Shown: positions 8,237 through 16,265 of the stretch, in pieces
Layout: each line of letters opens with the position of its first letter
How positions within the stretch are numbered: the first letter of the stretch is position 1
From: Aciduliprofundum boonei T469
GTDB taxonomy: Archaea; Thermoplasmatota; Thermoplasmata; Thermoplasmatales; Aciduliprofundaceae
Direction: 5' to 3'
Length of the DNA stretch: 32,000 nucleotides
Assembly: GCF_000025665.1 (NCBI RefSeq)
Contig: NC_013926.1
Location: forward strand, 1,080,001 to 1,112,000
Made by a program: the position numbers and the translations under genes
The notes under the pieces: model-generated
The model's input: the letters and a program-made list of their open reading frames with translations, nothing else
What the model was told of the DNA's origin: nothing
Database searches by the model: none

Positions 8237-9904
8237 ATGGATAGGATTGTAGAATGTGTTCCAAACTTCAGCGAAGGAAGAAATATGAAGGTTATTGAAG
8301 AGATAGTTAACGCAATAAAAGAAGTTGAAGATGTTTATGTTCTTGATGTGGATCCAGGCGAGGCAACGAATAGAACTGTGGTAACTTTTGTGGGCACTCC
8401 AGAGGCAGTTAAAGAAGCAGCATTTAGAGGAATAAAAAAGGCTGCAGAGTTAATTGATATGCGATATCATCACGGTGCGCATCCCAGAATGGGTGCTACA
8501 GATGTATGCCCATTTGTGCCTGTAAAGGGAGTTACAATGGAAGATTGTGTTAAAATTGCAGAGGAGGTTGGAAAAAGAGTAGGCGAGGAACTTGGCATAC
8601 CTGTGTATCTTTACGAATACGCTGCGAAGGAGGACTATCGCCGCAATCTTGCAGATATACGGGCAGGAGAGTATGAGGGTTTACCAGAAAAATTGAAAGA
8701 TGAGAAGTGGAAACCTGATTTTGGTCCAGCGAAATGGAATGAGAATATTGCAAAGACGGGGGCAACTGTGATAGGTGCAAGAGATTTCTTAATTGCATAC
8801 AATGTGAATTTGAATACGAAAGATAAAAAACTTGCAAATAAAATTGCCAAAGTGATAAGGGAGAGAGGGTACAAAAAGAAAATGGAGGACGGCTCTAGAG
8901 TGCAAGTTCCAGGAAAACTGAAGTATGTAAAGGCAATAGGATGGTACATTGATGAGTATGAAAGAGCACAAATTTCAATAAACCTGACGAATTTCCACAA
9001 AACCCCACTATGGAAAGTATTTGAAACATGCGAAGACGAGGCTAGGGCTCTCGGGTTAAGGGTTACGGGTAGCGAGATTGTTGGCTTGGTTCCTCTAGAG
9101 GCAATGCTTGATGTAGGGCGTCATTTCCTACGCAAGATGGGGAAGAGCGATGCAGTTCCGGAGAAGGACATAGTGCATGAGGCAATTATCTCCTTGGGAT
9201 TGAACGATGTTGCACCATTTGAGCCAACTGAGAAGATAATTGAGTATAAAATCGAGAAATTAGAGGGAAAGAAGGGGCTCGTGGATATGGAGATAAAAGA
9301 GTTTATGGATGAATTATCCAGAGATTCACCTGCGCCTGGCGGCGGAAGCGTAGCGGCCATAAATGGCGCTTTAGGTGCCTCCCTCGCCTCAATGGTGGCA
9401 AATTTAACCTATGGGAAGAAGAAGTACAAGGATGCTTGGGAAGACATGCTAAGAATTGGCAACGAGACACAGGAGCTCAAATACAAATTTTTGAAGTTGG
9501 TGGATGAAGATACAAAAGCGTTTGATGCCTTTATGGCCGCTTTAAAATTGCCAAAGAAAAGTGAAGAGGAGAGAAAGATAAGAGATGAAAAAATCCAGGA
9601 AGCCACAAAGAATGCAATTGAAGTACCTATGCAAACTCTGAAACTCAGCAAGAATATAATGGAGCTTGCAGATGAGCTGGCTGAGAAGGGAAATGTTAAC
9701 GCTATAAGCGATGCGGGAGTAGCAGCTTTAAGCGGTTATACGGCCGCATACAGTGCCTATCTAAATGTGATGATAAACCTTGGAGGATTGAACGATGAAG
9801 AGTACAAAGAAAAAACTGCAAAGGAGGCCGAAGAACTGTTGAATGAGATTGCTAAAAGGAAGGAGGAAGTACTTGAAAAAATAATGGCAAAATTGAAAGC
9901 ATAA
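8237..9904 (+). CDS. ftcD: Bifunctional glutamate formimidoyltransferase / formimidoyltetrahydrofolate cyclodeaminase (FTCD-type fusion)
   Basis: 555 aa. The N-terminus IVECVPNFSEGRN is the hallmark start of formiminotransferases. The C-terminal ~200 aa carry SPAPGGGSVAAINGALGASL, typical of the cyclodeaminase domain. Confidence 0.88.
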   Translation: MDRIVECVPNFSEGRNMKVIEEIVNAIKEVEDVYVLDVDPGEATNRTVVTFVGTPEAVKEAAFRGIKKAAELIDMRYHHGAHPRMGATDVCPFVPVKGVTMEDCVKIAEEVGKRVGEELGIPVYLYEYAAKEDYRRNLADIRAGEYEGLPEKLKDEKWKPDFGPAKWNENIAKTGATVIGARDFLIAYNVNLNTKDKKLANKIAKVIRERGYKKKMEDGSRVQVPGKLKYVKAIGWYIDEYERAQISINLTNFHKTPLWKVFETCEDEARALGLRVTGSEIVGLVPLEAMLDVGRHFLRKMGKSDAVPEKDIVHEAIISLGLNDVAPFEPTEKIIEYKIEKLEGKKGLVDMEIKEFMDELSRDSPAPGGGSVAAINGALGASLASMVANLTYGKKKYKDAWEDMLRIGNETQELKYKFLKLVDEDTKAFDAFMAALKLPKKSEEERKIRDEKIQEATKNAIEVPMQTLKLSKNIMELADELAEKGNVNAISDAGVAALSGYTAAYSAYLNVMINLGGLNDEEYKEKTAKEAEELLNEIAKRKEEVLEKIMAKLKA

Positions 9905-9935
9905 ATTTTAAACATCTTTTCTCCATAATCTTTTT

Positions 9936-10637
9936 ATGAACACGGAGCTTTTGTACCTAGAAGATTCTTATTTAAAAGAATTTAAAGCAAGGGTTATTGA
10001 TAGAAGCGATGAGGGAATATATCTGGATAGGACTGCCTTTTATCTTGGTGGCGGTGGCCAGCCTGCGGATACTGGCAAGATAATCGCAAATGGAAAAGAG
10101 TATGTGGTAACAGGAGTGAGAAGAGAAGACGCTTTACACTTGATAGAAGGTGAAAAGCCAGAAATTGGAGAAGAAGTAAAGGGGATAATAAATTGGGAGA
10201 GAAGATACAAAATAATGAGAACCCACACGGCTGTACATGTAATCTCGGGTGTTGCTTATCAGCAATTTGGGGTAGTGATCACGGGAAATCAGCTATATGA
10301 AGGTAGAGCGAGATTAGATTTGTCATTTGAGAATATGAGTAAAGAATTAGCAATGCAGATAATTGAAGAGAGCAATAAAGTTGTAAAAAAGGATTTGCCG
10401 GTGAGATGGTACTTCATAAGCAAGGAAGAGTTCAAAAACAGGCCAGAACTTATGAGAGTAAATCCAAAGTTGTACGAGAAATATGATAAAATAAGGGTAG
10501 TAGAAATAGAGGGCTTTGATATTCAAGCAGATGGAGGCACGCATGTTAAACATTTGGCAGAGATAGGAAAGATAGAGTTGCAAAAATATGAGAGTAAGGG
10601 AAAGAAAAACAAAAGGATATACATTGTGCTATCATAG
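9936..10637 (+). CDS. alaX: AlaX-type alanyl-tRNA editing protein (AlaX-M-like; Thr/Ala-tRNA synthetase second additional domain)
   Basis: 233 aa. It has the GGGGQPADTG motif, the first zinc motif HTAVHV (HxxxH), and a second motif reading ADGGTHV where CGGTH is canonical. The protein contains no cysteine. Confidence 0.82.
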   Translation: MNTELLYLEDSYLKEFKARVIDRSDEGIYLDRTAFYLGGGGQPADTGKIIANGKEYVVTGVRREDALHLIEGEKPEIGEEVKGIINWERRYKIMRTHTAVHVISGVAYQQFGVVITGNQLYEGRARLDLSFENMSKELAMQIIEESNKVVKKDLPVRWYFISKEEFKNRPELMRVNPKLYEKYDKIRVVEIEGFDIQADGGTHVKHLAEIGKIELQKYESKGKKNKRIYIVLS

Positions 10638-10647
10638 CAAAAAATAA

Positions 10648-10656
10648 TTATAAATA
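10648..10656 (+). promoter_or_regulatory. TATA-like box (TTATAAATA) for atpD
   Basis: It lies in the 35-nt alaX-atpD spacer, about 20 nt upstream of ATG 10673. This suggests an independent, near-leaderless atpD transcript. Confidence 0.45.
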
Positions 10657-10672
10657 AAATCATTCACCGGTA

Positions 10673-11323
10673 ATGGCAGAGATAATCGAAGGTGTAAAAC
10701 CCACCAGGATGCAATTGCTAGAGATTCGCAAGAAAAAGCAGCTGGCAAAGAATGGCCATAAATTGCTAAGCGAGAAAAGAGACGCTTTAATTTCACAATT
10801 CTTTCAGATTATCGATGTTAGAGAGAATTTGAGGAAAAAAGTTGATTCTAAACTGAAAGATGCTTTCAATTCATTAATTGAAGCTGAAATGATTATGGGA
10901 GATACCGCAGTTGCAGATGTGGCAAGGCAGGTTAAAAATTATGGGGAGGTAGAGGCTACCACCCTGAACATTATGGGTGTTCTCACTCCTCAGATGGAAA
11001 TAAAGGACATAGAGAAAAAACTTGATTATGGATTCTTAAGCACTTCTTCAAAGTTGGATGAGGCTGCGTTTAAATTCAGAGAGCTTCTCAAGGACTTGGT
11101 AAAACTTGCTGAAATTGAGGGGGCACTTGAGAATCTGGCGATAGAGATAGAGAAAACAAAGAGAAGGGTGAATGCCTTAGAGCACATTTTCATTCCAAGA
11201 TTTGAGGCAACGGAGAAATACATTGAACTCGTTCTAGACGAGCGTGAGCGTGAGGACTTCTTTAGAAGAAAGAGAATTAAAGCTATATTAGCGGCGAAGG
11301 AAAATGCGCGGTCCTCTTCCTAA
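10673..11323 (+). CDS. atpD: A/V-type ATP synthase subunit D (central stalk)
   Basis: 216 aa. VKPTRMQLLEIRKKKQLAKNGHKLLSEKRDAL and EIEKTKRRVNALEHIFIPRFEATEKYIELVLDEREREDFFRRKRIK match the subunit D consensus (PTR..LL, G..LL..KRDAL, T.RRVNALE..IP, L.E.ERE). Confidence 0.92.
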   Translation: MAEIIEGVKPTRMQLLEIRKKKQLAKNGHKLLSEKRDALISQFFQIIDVRENLRKKVDSKLKDAFNSLIEAEMIMGDTAVADVARQVKNYGEVEATTLNIMGVLTPQMEIKDIEKKLDYGFLSTSSKLDEAAFKFRELLKDLVKLAEIEGALENLAIEIEKTKRRVNALEHIFIPRFEATEKYIELVLDEREREDFFRRKRIKAILAAKENARSSS

Positions 11324-11465
11324 AAAATGGGTTGAGGGGAAAGATGTTGAAGAGCGTATAAAATTTTACCGTTTTATTTTATATGCTCAAGTTGCAAGCA
11401 CAGTTTTGATTGCCTTAGGCCTGATACTATTTATCCTGATTATCGCTGGAATAATTAAAGTGTGA
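11304..11465 (+). CDS. Putative 53-aa tail-anchored membrane protein (not in the ORF track, below 60 aa)
   Basis: My own translation from ATG 11304 gives MRGPLPKKWVEGKDVEERIKFYRFILYAQVASTVLIALGLILFILIIAGIIKV, then TGA at 11463-11465. It has a charged N-terminus and one C-terminal TM helix. It overlaps the atpD 3' end by 20 nt and the convergent pyrF 3' end by 11 nt. Without it, 11324-11454 would be the only long spacer at a convergent junction in this window. Confidence 0.35.
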   Translation: MRGPLPKKWVEGKDVEERIKFYRFILYAQVASTVLIALGLILFILIIAGIIKV

Positions 11466-12084
11466 GCTCATCGTAGAGTGCCTTGGCTGCCTTGGCAGGC
11501 TCGTTTGCCTCATATATTCTCCTTCCAACTATGATATGTGTAGCACCTGCCTCTATCGCTTCCTTAGCACTGCCACCCTGAGCCCCAACCCCGGGGGCTA
11601 GTATCTCCATATCACCTGCAAGAGAGCGTATGTGTGTAATTCTTTCAGGCCTAGTGGCAGGAGCAATCAATCCTGCCGCTCCCACCTCCTTGGCCATCAA
11701 AACAATATCATCAGTATGCTTTTGCATAAAATCAAGTGCTCCTGGATGTGACATTTCAGCTACAACATAAACTTTCATCTTTCCTGCCTCGTCTACGGCC
11801 GCTTTGATGGAATCTCTACCCACAAACCCGTGAACAATAATGCCCATTGCCCCATGGTTTCTTGCCTCCCTAACTATAAGTTTTGTGGTATTTGGTATAT
11901 CTGCAACCTTGAAATCGCATATTATCGGTTTTATTTGCGAAAGTGAATCAATGATATCCATACCTGCTGCCATTACAAGAGGCCAGCCAATTTTTATGGC
12001 GTGTAGATAATCCGCAACCTCATTTGCAATATTAATCGCCTTTTCTCTGTCCGTTACATCTAAAGCGAGTATTAGTCCAGCCAT
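11455..12084 (-). CDS. pyrF: Orotidine 5'-phosphate decarboxylase
   Basis: 209 aa. LILALDV at the N-terminus, the ICDFKVADIPNT active-site motif, and C-terminal GVGAQGG...IIVGRRIY. Confidence 0.93.
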   Translation of the reverse strand: MAGLILALDVTDREKAINIANEVADYLHAIKIGWPLVMAAGMDIIDSLSQIKPIICDFKVADIPNTTKLIVREARNHGAMGIIVHGFVGRDSIKAAVDEAGKMKVYVVAEMSHPGALDFMQKHTDDIVLMAKEVGAAGLIAPATRPERITHIRSLAGDMEILAPGVGAQGGSAKEAIEAGATHIIVGRRIYEANEPAKAAKALYDELTL

Positions 12085-12130
12085 AGAGAGCCATGGAAAA
12101 CAATATTAAAATGTTTTCAGTAATTCGATT

Positions 12131-12820
12131 ATGGTCAAGAATTTGAGATTAACTGTGTTGAACGACAATAAAAAGGAAGTTGGACTAAAGAACGACTGGG
12201 GCTGGAGCTTAATAGTTGAATCGGAGAAATGGAGATTCATTTTTGATGCAGATACAAGAGGAAAGATAATTAAATACAATTCAGAGAAGATGGGAGTAAA
12301 TTTGGAAAATTTAGATTTTGCAGTTCTGAGCCATTACCACAGAGACCATTATGGCGGATTCAACTACTTGGGCAAAATCACAAATAATTTAAAAATCTAT
12401 GTGCCATCAAAGGTTCTCCCATTTATAGAAGAATGGGGGCTGAAAGGGATTCCTGTAAAAGAGGGGAAAGAGATAGAAGAGGATGTATGGTCCTCTGGGC
12501 CAACAGGTACTATTGGAGAGCAGGCAATAGGTATAAAAGTTGATTCCATAGGTGTTATTGTGATTGTTGGCTGCAGTCATCCAGGTGTGGATATTCTCGC
12601 AAAGAAATTAAAAGAACTCACGGGAGAGAAAATATATATGGTAATTGGAGGTTTTCATTTCCCATCCAAATCCACAATTGATAATCTGGCTAAGATAGCA
12701 GAATACATAGCCCCAGCGCATTGCACAGGAATGAGTGGGGAGAATTATATAATGAGACATTATGAAAACAAATACATCCCAGTTAAAACAGGCAGCATCT
12801 TGAAACTGGGAAATCATTAA
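12131..12820 (+). CDS. Metallo-beta-lactamase fold protein (COG1237-like)
   Basis: 229 aa. It has LSHYHRDHYGG (HxHxDH zinc motif), VGCSHPGV, GGFHF and APAHCTG, which is the pattern of the small archaeal/bacterial MBL group II hydrolase-like family. Confidence 0.8.
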   Translation: MVKNLRLTVLNDNKKEVGLKNDWGWSLIVESEKWRFIFDADTRGKIIKYNSEKMGVNLENLDFAVLSHYHRDHYGGFNYLGKITNNLKIYVPSKVLPFIEEWGLKGIPVKEGKEIEEDVWSSGPTGTIGEQAIGIKVDSIGVIVIVGCSHPGVDILAKKLKELTGEKIYMVIGGFHFPSKSTIDNLAKIAEYIAPAHCTGMSGENYIMRHYENKYIPVKTGSILKLGNH

Positions 12821-12824
12821 ATAG

Positions 12825-12872
12825 TTGATATGTATGATGATATGTAAATCGATATATCTGGTGATATAATGA
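12825..12872. repeat. Four tandem ~12-bp units, each containing GATAT, filling the MBL-padR spacer (candidate operator)
   Basis: GATAT occurs at 12827, 12839, 12851 and 12863, an exact 12-nt period. The units are ttGATATgtatg / atGATATgtaaa / tcGATATatctg / gtGATATaatga. Units 1 and 2 share TGATATGTA. Unit 3 contains the palindrome GATATATC. Unit 4 overlaps the GGTGAT SD and the ATG at 12869. Confidence 0.4.
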
Positions 12873-13324
12873 AAGAACCCAAAACAAAGAGTTTGAAATT
12901 GATCATTCTTGACATATTGAGGAAGTCAGAGCTCCATGGCTACGGTATTTCAGAAAAGATTGATGAGATTTATGGGGTTGGAAAGCCTAGTTCTGGGATT
13001 ATATATCCAACTCTATCGTCCTTGAAAAAGAGTGGTCTTATAAAGATTTGCGCGGAGGGGGAGAGAGATAAAAAAATTTATTCTATCACTCCCAAGGGTA
13101 TCGAGTATCTGGAGGAGAATAAGGAAAATCTTGAAAAAGCAAAAACTATGCTAAAAAATCTTGGAGAATTCTATTCTATGGGCGGAAAGAAGTTAGTAAA
13201 AGATATTGAAAAACTAATAAAAAATATGCATAAAATTGGAGAAGATGAGAAAAAGAGAATTGCAAAAATAATAAACAGGATGCATGAGGAGATTGAAGAT
13301 ATTGGGATGAGAGAGAATGAATGA
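12869..13324 (+). CDS. PadR family transcriptional regulator
   Basis: 151 aa. LKLIILDILRKSELHGYGISEKI...SSGIIYPTLSSLKKSGLI is the PadR winged-helix signature. A GGTGAT SD lies 3-8 nt upstream of the ATG. Confidence 0.88.
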   Translation: MKEPKTKSLKLIILDILRKSELHGYGISEKIDEIYGVGKPSSGIIYPTLSSLKKSGLIKICAEGERDKKIYSITPKGIEYLEENKENLEKAKTMLKNLGEFYSMGGKKLVKDIEKLIKNMHKIGEDEKKRIAKIINRMHEEIEDIGMRENE

Positions 13325-14693
13325 AAAAGTAAACAAAAATGTGAAAACACTCCTTGGAGATCCTAAAAAAGCCATTATAAAACTGGCAATACCGATAATA
13401 ATAGGTGGATTTGTTCAAACCCTGTACAATTTTGTGGACGGGATATGGGTCTCTGGACTGGGTCAAGATTCTCTGGCCGCTGTGGGTATATTCATGCCTT
13501 TTATGATGATTTTATCCGCCTTAGCAATGGGTATCGGTGTTGGAGGCAGCTCCGCAATATCACGATCCATAGGGGCTAAAAATAGAAAGAGAGCGGGAAA
13601 TATCGGGGACCATACAATTATAATAGGCACATTAATAGGAATGCTCATAGGATTTTCAATGTTTCCATTCCTACACTCCATATTCATTTCAATGGGGGCA
13701 GGCCCAAAAACGGCCGAATTAGCAACTCAATACGGACAAATAATCATAATTGGCTCACCTTTTATGTTCCTATCCAGTTTGGGAAACGCCATACTTCGTG
13801 GGGAGGGGGATACTAAGAGGGCTATGTATGTGATGTTAATAAGTTCGATTCTGAACATAGTTCTTGACCCCATCTTCATTTATACTCTTAATATGGGCGT
13901 TGTAGGTGCTGCTGTGGCAACGATCATTTCTATCATCCTCTCAGCCCTCGTAATAATGTACTGGCTAATTGTGAAGAAAGATACCTATGTACAGCTTCGC
14001 CTCAGATACTTTAAAATCAAAAAGGATATAATCAAGGAGATTTTCAAAGTTGGGTTGCCTTCTTCCCTTTCTCAGCTCTCTATGTCATTCACAATGATAA
14101 TTTTGAACACAATAGTTATTATGGCAGGCGGAGATTACGGCATGGCAGTGTTCTCTGGTGGATGGAGAATTGTTATGCTCGCCATAGTTCCCCTTATGGG
14201 ATTCGCTGCTGCAGTTACATCGGTTACAGGTGCTGCCTATGGGGCAAGAAACATAGAAAATTTAAAAACTGGTTATTACTACGCAATCAAAATAGGAACT
14301 GTAGTTGGAGTGATAACAGGGGTGATAATAGGAGTATTTGCTCCTCAATTTACTTATCTATTCACATACTCGGAGAGCTCATCACATTTAGCTCCGGGAA
14401 TAATCGAGTTCCTGCATTACATAGTGCTTTACTTCCCGGGAGTTGCCTCTGGGATGCTCACCTCAAGCATGTTTAGGGGTATAGGCAAAGGCACATACTC
14501 TCTTCTTCAAACTATAATAAGGACTCTAATTCTTCAAATTGTATTTGCATACTTCATCGGAATATATTTGAACATGGGGTTACCTGGCATCTGGATTGGC
14601 ATTGTTCTTGCGAACTGGTGCGCATCCATATTTGCATTGCTATGGGGAAGATGGGTAATAAAGAAAATAGAGATCTCTTGGGCAACTGGATAA
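13317..14693 (+). CDS. MATE family efflux transporter
   Basis: 458 aa and about 12 predicted TM helices. The N-terminus LAIPIIIGGFVQTLYNFVDGIWVSGLG and the mid-protein repeat IFKVGLPSSLSQL are typical of MATE/NorM. The start overlaps the padR stop by 8 nt (ATGAATGA). Confidence 0.9.
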   Translation: MNEKVNKNVKTLLGDPKKAIIKLAIPIIIGGFVQTLYNFVDGIWVSGLGQDSLAAVGIFMPFMMILSALAMGIGVGGSSAISRSIGAKNRKRAGNIGDHTIIIGTLIGMLIGFSMFPFLHSIFISMGAGPKTAELATQYGQIIIIGSPFMFLSSLGNAILRGEGDTKRAMYVMLISSILNIVLDPIFIYTLNMGVVGAAVATIISIILSALVIMYWLIVKKDTYVQLRLRYFKIKKDIIKEIFKVGLPSSLSQLSMSFTMIILNTIVIMAGGDYGMAVFSGGWRIVMLAIVPLMGFAAAVTSVTGAAYGARNIENLKTGYYYAIKIGTVVGVITGVIIGVFAPQFTYLFTYSESSSHLAPGIIEFLHYIVLYFPGVASGMLTSSMFRGIGKGTYSLLQTIIRTLILQIVFAYFIGIYLNMGLPGIWIGIVLANWCASIFALLWGRWVIKKIEISWATG

Positions 14694-14750
14694 ATTTGTG
14701 TAGGAAAGTATTTATATATTAAGTTCTATAAGAGAGGGCAGGTGGGGAAA

Positions 14751-15278
14751 ATGACTGAAAAAGAAATAGAACAACCAAAGGGAATATCAGTTCTCTCTAT
14801 TCTCTACATTCTAGGGGGAATATTCTGGCTGATATACCCGATATTCTACATGTACTGGCTAGGCGTATACTACAAGGAAATAGAGGGCTACATACCATGG
14901 GCCAGCTGGATGTTTAATTCTGTGTGCTGCTGGATCGGCTCGATAATCATAGCAGGGTTGTACTTTGGAATTGCTGCTGGATTGAAAAAGGGAATGCCTG
15001 GAGCTTGGGTTTGGGCAATTATATTTGCCATCATAGGCCTGTTCAATGTTCCAATAGGCACAATAATAAGCATAATAATCCTGATCTACCTATTCACGCC
15101 AAATGTCAGAAAGTGGTTTGAGCAGGGAGCAAAGAAGCAGCAGAAGGAAATGGAAAAAATGCAGAAGGAGCAAAAATTCCAGCAGATGCAAGAGGAAGAG
15201 AGAAAGAGAAAAGAGTACGAAGAGTTCCAGGAATACCTGAAGCAGAAGGAAGAGAAAGAAAAGCAAAATAAACAGTAA
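14751..15278 (+). CDS. Hypothetical polytopic membrane protein with a K/E/Q-rich C-terminal tail
   Basis: About 4 hydrophobic helices are followed by a ~55-aa charged low-complexity tail (QGAKKQQKEMEKMQKEQKFQQMQEEERKRKEYEEFQEYLKQKEEKEKQNKQ). ATG 14751 is preferred over the track's GTG 14742 because GGTGGGG lies just upstream. No family was recognised. Confidence 0.6.
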   Translation: MTEKEIEQPKGISVLSILYILGGIFWLIYPIFYMYWLGVYYKEIEGYIPWASWMFNSVCCWIGSIIIAGLYFGIAAGLKKGMPGAWVWAIIFAIIGLFNVPIGTIISIIILIYLFTPNVRKWFEQGAKKQQKEMEKMQKEQKFQQMQEEERKRKEYEEFQEYLKQKEEKEKQNKQ

Positions 15279-15286
15279 ACCAAAAC

Positions 15287-15314
15287 TTTTCTTTTATTTT
15301 TCTTAATCTTTTAA
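15287..15314 (+). terminator. Oligo-T rich putative archaeal terminator
   Basis: ttttcttttattttttcttaatctttt starts 9 nt after the TAA at 15276-15278. Archaeal termination uses T-runs. Confidence 0.45.
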
Positions 15315-15338
15315 TAATAGTTTCTTTTATGCCAAATA

Positions 15339-16265
15339 ATGAAGTGCACCAAGTGCGAGAAAGAGGCAGTTGCAGAGATAAGATACGCAGGAACTCGCCT
15401 TTGCAAGGAGCATTTTTTGGAGTTCATAGATAGAAAGGTAAAGAGAGAAATAAGAGAGCAGGCACATTTTAAAAAGGGAGATAAGATTCTAATCGCTGTC
15501 TCAGGTGGAAAAGATAGTATGCTAACCATGTACCAAATGCACAAGATTTTTGGAAAGTGGAGAGATTTAGAACTTGTTGCGGTAACTGTTGATGAGGGAA
15601 TAGGCGATTTCAGGAGAAATTGCGCTAAAGTTGCCAATATATATGCCAGAGAGCTTGGAATTGAGCATGAGGTTATAACATTCAAAGAATACCTTGGGAT
15701 AACAACCGATGATGTGGCAAGAGTTGATAAAGAATTAAAGCCCTGTACATACTGTGGTGTGTTTCGTAGGAAAGTGCTCAATATGTATGCCAAGGAAATT
15801 GGTGCAAATTACCTGATTTTAGGATTAAACCTAGATGACATAGCACAGTCAATAATAATGAACATCACGAGGGGTGATACTGCAAGGCTGGCTAGATTAG
15901 CACCTCATAAAAAAATTCGTGAAGGTTTTATACCCCGCATAATTCCTTTAAGAAGGGTTCGTGAGAATGAAGTCCGTCTTTATATGAATTTGGCAAATAT
16001 ACCCTACTATCCAAAAAGGTGTCCATATGCTCATCTTGCTGTTAGAGATGTTTATAGGGAATTTCTGAATTCTTTAGAGGAAAGGGATCCTGCTGTAAAA
16101 TTTGCCATTTTGAATTTCTTCGATGAGATAAAAGAATATATCGAAGAGAAATACTCGGCGCAGCTTCATCCTTGCAAGATATGTGGAGAGCCAACCACAG
16201 GAGATATATGTAAGGCCTGTGAATTAAAATTGAGATATGAATCTATGAGTAAAGGAGCTCAATAG
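15339..16265 (+). CDS. tRNA 2-thiolation PP-loop ATPase, TtuA/Ncs6(NcsA) family
   Basis: 308 aa. It has an N-terminal zinc finger CTKCEKE...CKEHF, the PP-loop SGGKDS, Fe-S ligand contexts PCTYCGVFRR and KRCPYAH, and a C-terminal zinc finger CKICGEPTTGDICKAC. Confidence 0.85.
   Translation: MKCTKCEKEAVAEIRYAGTRLCKEHFLEFIDRKVKREIREQAHFKKGDKILIAVSGGKDSMLTMYQMHKIFGKWRDLELVAVTVDEGIGDFRRNCAKVANIYARELGIEHEVITFKEYLGITTDDVARVDKELKPCTYCGVFRRKVLNMYAKEIGANYLILGLNLDDIAQSIIMNITRGDTARLARLAPHKKIREGFIPRIIPLRRVRENEVRLYMNLANIPYYPKRCPYAHLAVRDVYREFLNSLEERDPAVKFAILNFFDEIKEYIEEKYSAQLHPCKICGEPTTGDICKACELKLRYESMSKGAQ

Noticed and set aside
12834-12868. Possible C/D box sRNA: AUGAUGA (C box-like) at 12834-12840 in the MBL-padR spacer
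   Set aside because: No D box (CUGA) or C'/D' pair lies at an appropriate distance, and there are no terminal complementary stems. The sequence is better explained as part of the 12-nt GATAT repeat and promoter.
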